This document shows, piece after piece, positions 55,030 to 64,000 of a stretch of DNA of 64,000 nt. A program made the translations under genes and the position numbers. Every line of letters begins with the position of its first letter. The first letter of the stretch is position 1. Origin of the DNA: Eledone cirrhosa (Eukaryota); assembly GCA_964016885.1 (NCBI GenBank), contig CAXHJY010001352.1, positions 677 to 64,676 on the forward strand, read 5' to 3'. Under the pieces are notes generated by a model, which made no database searches, was not told where the DNA came from, and was given only the letters and a program-made list of their open reading frames with translations.

Positions 55030-55555
55030 TAATTCTCTCCAATGATTTCAGTTGGTGACAACTTGTTGACATCCATGCCAGCTGATGTTGACAGTTTGTG
55101 GGTCATTTTGGAATGTGATCCACCAGGTCATCTTCGGTCGGCCTCTTTTCCACTTGCCTTCAAGGGGAATCCATGTCATCGCTGTTTTGGACAGGTGATC
55201 TGGGAGGTGCAGAATGTGACCTGTAAAATGGAACCAACATTCCATGATGATCTGCAGTGTATGTGACCCTGCTCTCCACAGGATCTCACCAGCTGACCTT
55301 TAGAATCTTATGCAGGCTCTTTTAATGGAAGGTTTTTAGACACCAATCCATCTTCACAGTGTGTTTCCATTTTTTACAGTCAGAGACGGGCTTAGGAAGT
55401 ACAACGCTAGTGTACAAGTGCAGCTTGAAATACAAGCTGGGGCTCTGTTTGACCAGATGGAGTGCATCCATTGGAACACCGCAGTCACCTTTACAACCCT
55501 GCAGTTGATGTTCAGCTCAAAGTTGCCACTGTGGCTCAGGATACTGCCAAGTGTG
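55030..55555 (-). mobile_element. Degenerate LINE (RTE-like) C-terminal fragment
   Basis: WFHFTGHILHLPDH..KTAMTWIP..GKWKRGRPKMTW. Confidence 0.65.
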
Positions 55556-55564
55556 TATAGAAGA

Positions 55565-55579
55565 TATATATGTATATTG

Positions 55580-55615
<36 letters not shown>

Positions 55616-56209
55616 ATATATATTATATATATATATATATTATATATATATATATTATATAAATATATATATATATCTTGTATATATATATATATATTAT
55701 ATATATATATATATTATATATATATATTATATAAATATATATATATATATCTTGCAATATTAAATAAATGGAAAACTATATTTATAAAACCATATTTATT
55801 TCATTATATATATTTCGGGGATATCATATTAACAATATGCTATGCCTTCATCAGACAAAATACAATATAAACAGTTTTATAGATAAATATATTCGACATA
55901 CCGTAATAAACATCAACTTCATTTGGAGAGGTTTACGCCTTGTATATATATATATATATTGTATATATATATATATTATATATATATATATATTGTATAT
56001 ATATATATATATTGTATATATATATATATATTGTATATATATATATATTGTATATATATATATATATTGTATATATATATATATATTGTATATATATATA
56101 TATATTGTATATATATATATATTGTATATATATATATATATTATATATATATATATATTATATATATATATATATTATATATATATATATTATATATATA
56201 TATATATTG

Positions 56210-56242
<33 letters not shown>

Positions 56243-56308
56243 GTATATATATATATATTGTATATATATTATATATATATATTGTATATATATTATATAT
56301 ATATCTTG

Positions 56309-56340
<32 letters not shown>

Positions 56341-56471
56341 ATATATATCTTGTATATATATATATATATTGTATATATATACAATATATATATATATATA
56401 TATTGTATATATATATATATATATATACAATATATATATATACAATATATATATATATACAATATATATAT

Positions 56472-56532
<61 letters not shown>

Positions 56533-57216
56533 TGTATATATATATATATTATATATATATATATATATATATCTTGTATATATATATATATATTATATAT
56601 ATATATATATCTTGTATATATATATATATATATATATCTTGTATATATATATATATTATATATATATATATATCTTGTATATATATATATATATTATATA
56701 TATATATATATATATCTTGTATATATATATATATTATATATATATATATATATCTTGTATATATATATATATATATTATATATATATATTTATATCTTGT
56801 ATATATATTGTATATATATATATATATATATATTGTATATATATATATACATATTGTATATATGTATATATATATATATATATATTGTATATATATATAT
56901 ACATCTTGTATATATATATATATATTATATATATATATATATTGTATATATATATATATATATTGTATATATATATATACATCTTGTATATATATATATT
57001 ATATATATATATATCTTGTATATATATATATTATATATATATATATCTTGTATATATATATATTATATATATATATATCTTGTATATATATATATTATAT
57101 ATATATATATCTTGTATATATATATATTATATATATATATATATATCTTGTATATATATATATATATATATCTTGTATATATATATATTTATATATATCT
57201 TGTATATATATATATA
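55565..57216. repeat. (TA)n microsatellite punctuated by TTG/CTTG/TTA variants
   Basis: Low-complexity tract with a short unique interruption at 55755-55940. Confidence 0.9.
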
Positions 57217-57308
57217 ACTCTTGCCTCAAGTGGGAAAACCCCCGTCCAAACCCATGCAAGCGTGGAACACGGACGCTAAACCTGATGATGATGATGATGA
57301 TGATGATA
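57217..57308 (+). mobile_element. ~90-bp RTE 3'-terminal insertion
   Basis: Matches 31788-31878 (actcttgcctcaagtgggaaaaccccc...gatgat). Confidence 0.8.
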
Positions 57309-57319
57309 TATATATATAT

Positions 57320-57740
57320 TCTCCAACAGACCAGTGTCTGTCCTTAGGGCATCAACATATGTTAACCTTGGTCTTCCTCTTCTAGTGTGTCCATGTAGGG
57401 GCTCCCAAAGGAGCACTGAGTGCAATGTCAACTCTGGATGTCGGTGAGTATGTCCAGTTAACCTCAGTCTCCTCTGTGTCACTTTTGAACTGATTTTTGG
57501 GAGGCTCCCATACAGCTCTGAGTTTTTCATCCTCAGTGTATACTGATTAATGTTCAGAGCCATCCTCAGCATTCTCGTGTAGCACCCACCCACCATCTGA
57601 GTGAGTCTCTTGGTCAGTGTCCAAGTCTCAGACCCATACAGCAGCACAGACTCCACTACACCAATATGGCAGCGATAATGAGGGACAGAGACCGCTGGAG
57701 AGAACTCGTCTATGGATCTCGGGAATTTTACCCGCCTTAG
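57320..57740 (-). mobile_element. LINE (RTE-like) C-terminal fragment
   Basis: VESVLLYGSETWTLT...RRLRLTGH...RGRPRLTYVD. Confidence 0.8.
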
Positions 57741-58057
57741 ATAGATAGATAGATATATATATATATTGTATATATATATATTTATATATATCTTGTATAT
57801 ATATATATATATTGTATATATATATATATATATCTTGTATATATATATATATATATCTTGTATATATATATATATATATATATATATTGTATATATATAT
57901 ATATATTGTATATATATATATTTATTGTATATATATATATATATATTTATTGTATATATATATATACATATTGTATATATATATATATATATATATTGTA
58001 TATATATATATATATATATTGTATATATATATACAATATATATATATATATATATAT

Positions 58058-58104
<47 letters not shown>

Positions 58105-58214
58105 TATATATTAGTGTATCGATAATTGATCGACATTAGTGAAATTGGACCAAGAAAACAATGTTTCCATTGGTCTTTCCAATTGCTAATACTATCTGTC
58201 AGTCACAACTCCAG

Positions 58215-58335
58215 GTAGAAGGAGCAACGTGAAATAAAGTGTCTTGCTCAAGGACAACGCATCACCCAGTCCGGGAATCAATCTCACAACCGCACGATTG
58301 CGAATCCAACTCTCTAACCACTCAGCCACACACCT
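58215..58335 (-). mobile_element. tRNA-derived SINE head (related to family B)
   Basis: Minus strand gtgtggctgagtggttagagagttggattcgcaatcg...ccttgagcaagacactttatttcacgttgctcc. Confidence 0.7.
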
Positions 58336-58428
58336 GTATATAGGGTATATATTAGTTGTGATGGCACTGGCACCAAGTTATATCAGCCATTGACCTCACT
58401 TTGGATAACATCATATATTGTATGTAGA

Positions 58429-58487
<59 letters not shown>

Positions 58488-58491
<4 letters not shown>

Positions 58492-58805
58492 AATTGTGTA
58501 ATCTTGAGATTTATTACATAATCACACACAAGAAGAAATTGCTTAATAACAGAATTGAACGAACATTATTCTGCCGTCACCGAACTAAAACCCTTTTTTT
58601 TTCCCACTACAAGCTGAATATTACATAAAAGAGGGACATCCCCCCAACTATATAAACCTCAATCTAGTTAGAAAACTATAAAACCAGTCTCTTCTCAACA
58701 TATATATGTATATTAATAACCTTAAATTACCACACTAACAATGGATAGATAGGCTGATGAGAATAGGTGCGAATATGCTATAATGAATGTGTCTAAAAGC
58801 GACCA
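58488..58805 (+). mobile_element. Penelope-like element 3' remnant
   Basis: Translates CKLCNLEIYYIITHKKKLLNNRIERTLFCRHRTK, resembling the CxxC...LLN.R.E...CRH terminus after the GIY-YIG domain; CTGATGA at 58754. Confidence 0.6.
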
Positions 58806-58902
58806 TATGTATGTATATATGTGTGAAAATGTATATAAATAAGTAAATATATATATATGTTTGATGTGTATAGTTAATGTATGTGTATTCATGTATTAAC
58901 GT

Positions 58903-58943
<41 letters not shown>

Positions 58944-59194
58944 GACAGGAGTATGTATGTATATATGTGTGTGTCTATACGTGTGTATATAAAGATAAGT
59001 CTGAGTATGAAAATGTATACACATGAATGCGTATGTATGTACATATATATATGTATATATATGTATATATATATATGTGCATGTATATATGTATGTAAGT
59101 ATGAGCATGTAAGTATGTGTATGTGAGTATATGTATTTTGTAGAGGTGTGCATATATGTTTGTGTGTGAATGCGTGGGCGAAATGATACGTACA

Positions 59195-59735
59195 CTTGAA
59201 AGAAAAATTTAAGTCTGAATGTTAATTAAGTGCAAACACAAAACCAACCACGCATATCTTTACTATCTCTAATCCTTCTATAGATTTAGAAAAATAACCA
59301 ATAATATATTCTATAAAAATGTCAAAACAACAGATGGGAATCTAATTACTCACTGCCACCAAAAATTCTCACTGCTATCGAAAAACCACTCCTTCAACTA
59401 TTCTTCTAACAACTTCACCCCTCCCTCCTAATATTCTCTATAAAAACCAAACAGGTTCTCAATAAAATTATTCTGATGAAATGACAGTTGATAATAACAT
59501 TGAAATATTGAATGTCTGCATAACTAATACTTTGTAGATAATAGCTGTTTTCAGGGTATGTAACTGTTATTGAAACACGTGTCAATAAATTCATTTTAAC
59601 TGAACTGTATCCATTTAAACCCTTCTATTTTCTCCGGATTACTTTTGAAACTACAACTGGAACCGTCGAGCAAACTCTACATGAGCTGTCCATCTACTGT
59701 GTGTAATATTCATATTACAACACTACGGAAAATAC
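59195..59735 (+). mobile_element. Second, more degenerate Penelope-like 3' remnant with hammerhead relics
   Basis: NLITHCHQK remnant; CTGATGA-aatg...catt-GAAA at ~59474-59506; GAAACACGTGTC followed by AATAAA at ~59572-59589. Confidence 0.45.
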
Positions 59736-59981
<246 letters not shown>

Positions 59982-60028
59982 CACCAAATTGTGTATGGTG
60001 GAAATGGTATATATTTTATTTCCTAATA

Positions 60029-60363
60029 AGGCACATGGCTTAGTGGTTACAGCATTGGCCTTGCAATCGAAAGGTTGTGAGTTCAATTCTCAGACCGGGT
60101 GATGTGTTGTTTCCTTGAGCAAGACACTTTATTTCACATTGCTCCAGTTTACTCAGCTGTAGAAATGAGATGATAGGGACTGGGTCTATATCATTCCACT
60201 GCATAGTGGCCGTGGAGGTGCCACGGCAAAAAAGCACCCAGCACTCACTGTAAATGAGGTTGGTGTTAGGAAGGGCATCCAGCCGTAGAAATCGAGCCAT
60301 AATCAGTTCCCGTCCCACCCTTGCAAGCAGGGAAAAGCGGACGTAAAATGATGATGATGATGA
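60029..60363 (+). mobile_element. SINE family B
   Basis: Same as 37505-37890 but with one fewer ~48-bp 3' module. Confidence 0.8.
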
Positions 60364-60374
60364 TATATATATAT

Positions 60375-63300
60375 TGGTAGAAATTCCAGAAAACATAACC
60401 GAGATCCTCTCAGGGAAATAGCCTTGTCCAGTATGTTGGAAAGGCATTGGTAGACATTCCATCCTCTGCCCCATATGGAGACTCAGCTGTTGGAAGCCTT
60501 GGAGCGGGGACACCTTGGAAGACCTGGGGTGAGGTGATACAAGCTGACCTTGCCCAATTGTACCTCTCAGAGGAGATGACACGTGGCCGGGATCTCTGGC
60601 GATGTGCAGTAATACAGAAGACCCGACTTCCCAGGAACACAAGCTGAAGCATATGTACAGCATGCCCCCCCCCCTCCCAGCCCACACTGTAATGTGGACA
60701 TGTGAAAGACACAGCAAGAAGCACCTAGCCCACACTGTAAAGTGGACATGTGAAAGACACAGCAAAAACCATCCAGCCCATGCTGTAAAGTGAACATGTG
60801 AAAGACACAGCAAAAAGCACCCAGCCCATGCTGTAAAGTGGACATGTGAAAGACACAGCAAAAAGCACCTAGCCCATGCTGTAAAGTGGACATGTGAAAG
60901 ACACATCAAAAAGCACCCAGCCCATGATGTACAGTGGACATGTGAAAGACACAGCAAAAAGCATCCAGCCCATGCTGTAAAGTGGACATGTGAAAGACAC
61001 AGCAAAAAGTACCCAGCCCATGCTGTAAAGTGGACGTGTGAAAGACACAGCAAAAAGCACCGAGCCCATGCTGTAAAGTGGACATGTGAAAGACACAGCA
61101 AAAAGCACCCAACCCATGCTGTAAAGTGGACATGTGAAAGACAGCAAAAAGCATCCAGCCCATGCTGTAAAGTGGACATGTGAAAGACACAGCAAAAAGC
61201 ATCCAGCCCATGCTGTAAAGTCGACATGCCAAAGACACAGCAAAAAGCACCCAGCCCATGCTGTAAAGTGGACATGTGAAAGACACACCAAAAAGCACCC
61301 AGCCCACATTGTAAAGGGGGCATGTGAAAGACACAGCAAAAAGCACCCAGCCCATGCTGTAAAGTGGACATGTGAAAGACACAGCAAAAAGCACCCAGCC
61401 CATGATGTAAAGTGGACATGTGAAAGACACAGCAAAAAGCACCCAGCCCACATTGTAAAGTGGACATGTGAAAGACACAGCAAAAAGCACCCAGCCCATG
61501 CTGTAAAGTGGACATGTGAAAGACACAGCAAAAAGCACCCAGCCCATGCTGTAAAGTGGACATGTGAAAGACACAGCAAAAAGCATCCAGCCCATGCTGT
61601 AAAGTGGACATGTGAAAGACACAGCAAAAAGCACCCAGCCCATGCTGTAAAGTGGACGTGTGAAAGACACAGCAAAATCACCCAGCCCATGCTGTAAAGT
61701 GGATGTGTGAAAGACACAGCAAAAAGCACCCAGCCCATGCTGTAAAGTGGACACTGAAAGACACAACAAAAAGCACCCAGCCCATGCTGTAAAGTGGACG
61801 TGTGAAAGACACAGCAAAAAGCACCCAGCCCATGCTGTAAAGTGGACGTGTGAAAGACACAGCAAAAAGCATCCAGCCCATGCTGTAAAGTGGACACGTG
61901 AAAGACACAGCAAAAAGCACCCAGCCCATGCTGTAAAGTGGACATGTGAAAGACACAGCAAAACGCACCCAGCCCATGCTGTAAAGTGGACGTGTGAAAG
62001 ACACAGCAAAAAGCACCTAGTCCATGCTGTAAAGTGGACATGTGAAAGACACAGCAAAAAGCACCCAGCCCATGCTGTAAAGTAGACACGTGAAAGACAC
62101 AGCAAAACGCACCTAGCCCATGCTGTAAAGTGGACGTGAGAAAGACATGGCAAAAAGCACCCAGCCCATGCTGTAAAGTGGACGTGAGAAAGACATGGCA
62201 AAAAGCACCCAGCCCATGCTGTAAAGTGGATGTGTGTAAGACACAGCAAAAAGCACCCAGCCCATGCTGTAAAGTGGACGTGTGAAAGACATGGCAAAAA
62301 GCACCCAGCCCATGCTGTAAAGTGGACATGTGAAAGACACAGCAAAAAGCACCCAGCCCATGCTGTAAAGTGGACGTGTGAAAGACACAGCAAAATCACC
62401 CAGCCCATGCTGTAAAGTGGATGTGTGAAAGACACAGCAAAAAGCACCCAGCCCATGCTGTAAAGTGGACACTGAAAGACACAACAAAAAGCACCCAGCC
62501 CATGCTGTAAAGTGGACGTGTGAAAGACACAGCAAAAAGCATCCAGCCCATGCTGTAAAGTGGACGTGTGAAAGACACAGCAAAAAGCATCCAGCCCATG
62601 CTGTAAAGTGGACACGTGAAAGACACAGCAAAAAGCACCCAGCCCATGCTGTAAAGTGGATGTGTGAAAGACACAGCAAAAAGCACCCAGCCCATGCTGT
62701 AAAGTAGACACGTGAAAGACACAGCAAAACGCACCCAGCCCATGCTGTAAAGTGGACGTGTGAAAGACACAGCAAAAAGCACCCAGCCCATGCTGTAAAG
62801 TGGACATGTGAAAGACACAGCAAAACGCACCCAGCCCATGCTGTAAAGTGGACGTGTGAAAGACACAGCAAAAAGCACCCAGCCCATGCTGTAAAGTGGA
62901 CATGTGAAAGACACAGCAAAACGCACCCAGCCCATGCTGTAAAGTGGACGTGTGAAAGACACAGCAAAAAGCACCTAGTCCATGCTGTAAAGTGGACATG
63001 TGAAAGACACAGCAAAAAGCACCCAGCCCATGCTGTAAAGTAGACACGTGAAAGACACAGCAAAACGCACCCAGCCCATGCTGTAAAGTGGACGTGTGAA
63101 AGACACAGCAAAAAGCACCCAGCCCATGCTGTAAAGTGGATGTGTGAAAGACACACCAAAAAGCACCTAGTCCATGCTGTAAAGTGGACATGTGAAAGAC
63201 ACAGCAAAAAGCACCCAGCCCATGATGTAAAGTGGACGTGAGAAAGACATGGCAAAAAGCACCCAGCCCATGCTGTAAAGTGGATGTGTGTAAGACACAG

Positions 63301-63530
63301 CAAAAAGCACCCAGCCCATGCTGTAAAGTGGACGTGTGAAAGACATGGCAAAAAGCACCCAGCCCACACTGTCAATGTGGTTGTCATTAGGAAGGGCATC
63401 CAGCCATAGAAAACCAGCCAGAAACACCCCTATATAAGCTGTCATGGTCACCCGACACAACTTGCCTCAAGATAGGACCTGTGTAACCCATGGAAGATAG
63501 ATGTTAATCGATGATGGTGATGATGATGAT
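60375..63530 (+). mobile_element. Degenerate RTE 3' fragment whose 3' UTR is expanded into a minisatellite
   Basis: PHD-start and C-terminal remnants (PWKTWGEVIQADLAQLYLS...RDLWRCAVIQKTR), then the 48-bp array, then the rest of the 3' UTR (ttaggaagggcatccagcc...aacccatggaag...gatgatgat). Confidence 0.8.
60677..63365 (+). repeat. 48-bp minisatellite, ~56 copies
   Basis: Consensus cacccagcccatgctgtaaagtggacatgtgaaagacacagcaaaaag; 16-aa periodicity in the ORF track. Confidence 0.95.
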
Positions 63531-63669
63531 ATATATGTAGTGTATACATAGTATGTATAGTGTGTATATATATATGATAAATGTTGGTGACAAGCTGTTG
63601 CAGCCATTCCTCTGGACATTATATATAGTGTATGTATGTAGTATATATATATGTATACATATATATACA

Positions 63670-64000
63670 TAGTGTATATAATAGTTCTAATGTCACTGGT
63701 GCTGATCTATATTAGCCTTTCCCTTGGACAACATGACATATAGTCTATATATATTGGACAATATTATATATAGTGTATATGTGGTGTATATAGTAGTTGT
63801 GACAATATTCTATATACATATGTACACACACACTGACAAACATGTATATACATATAGAAGGGTCAGATGAGGAGTTCATAGACTGACCAAGTTACTCTCA
63901 TGGAATGGGACAATGTATACACACAAATATATACTATATATATGTATACAAACATATATATTGTATAGTGAAGTCATACAACATATGGTAATATCATGTT
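63670..64000 (+). repeat. Start of a further copy of the ZNF duplication unit
   Basis: Near-identical to 49108-49435. Confidence 0.85.

Noticed and set aside
60677-63365. CRISPR-like array, or a Cys/His-rich repeat protein (ORFs up to 761 aa)
   Set aside because: There are no unique spacers and no cas genes, and the context is eukaryotic. The ORFs arise because the 48-bp unit lacks stops in several frames; the unit derives from the RTE 3' UTR.

Overview
AT-rich eukaryotic genomic DNA, very probably a coleoid cephalopod (octopod). This is inferred from the repeat repertoire: RTE LINEs with (GAT)n tails, tRNA-derived SINEs that share the RTE 3' end, huge (TA)n/(TACA)n arrays and clustered C2H2 zinc-finger genes. 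Host genes: (i) an intronless, frameshift-interrupted minus-strand gene (4800 to beyond the left edge) encoding about six tandem NHL-like beta-propeller modules plus a coiled coil; (ii) two paralogous 9-finger C2H2 genes on an ~11-kb tandem segmental duplication, with a third unit starting at the right edge. Mobile DNA: an L1/Tx1-type LINE, two near-identical intact RTE LINEs in inverted orientation with a PHD finger inside the RT, many older RTE fragments, SINEs and Penelope-like remnants. Most striking signal: the plus-strand RTE copy appears to have inserted as one ~7.4-kb unit whose 5' end is ~7.3 tandem ~505-bp monomers, an architecture like rodent L1 monomer promoters. The interrupted flanking microsatellite and a snap-back junction hairpin support this boundary. 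The 3' UTR of the same family seeded a 56 x 48-bp minisatellite and a 3 x 112-bp repeat. Two long foldback hairpins carry minimal Penelope-type hammerhead motifs. All calls are by eye, without database searches; boundaries of degenerate fragments are approximate.
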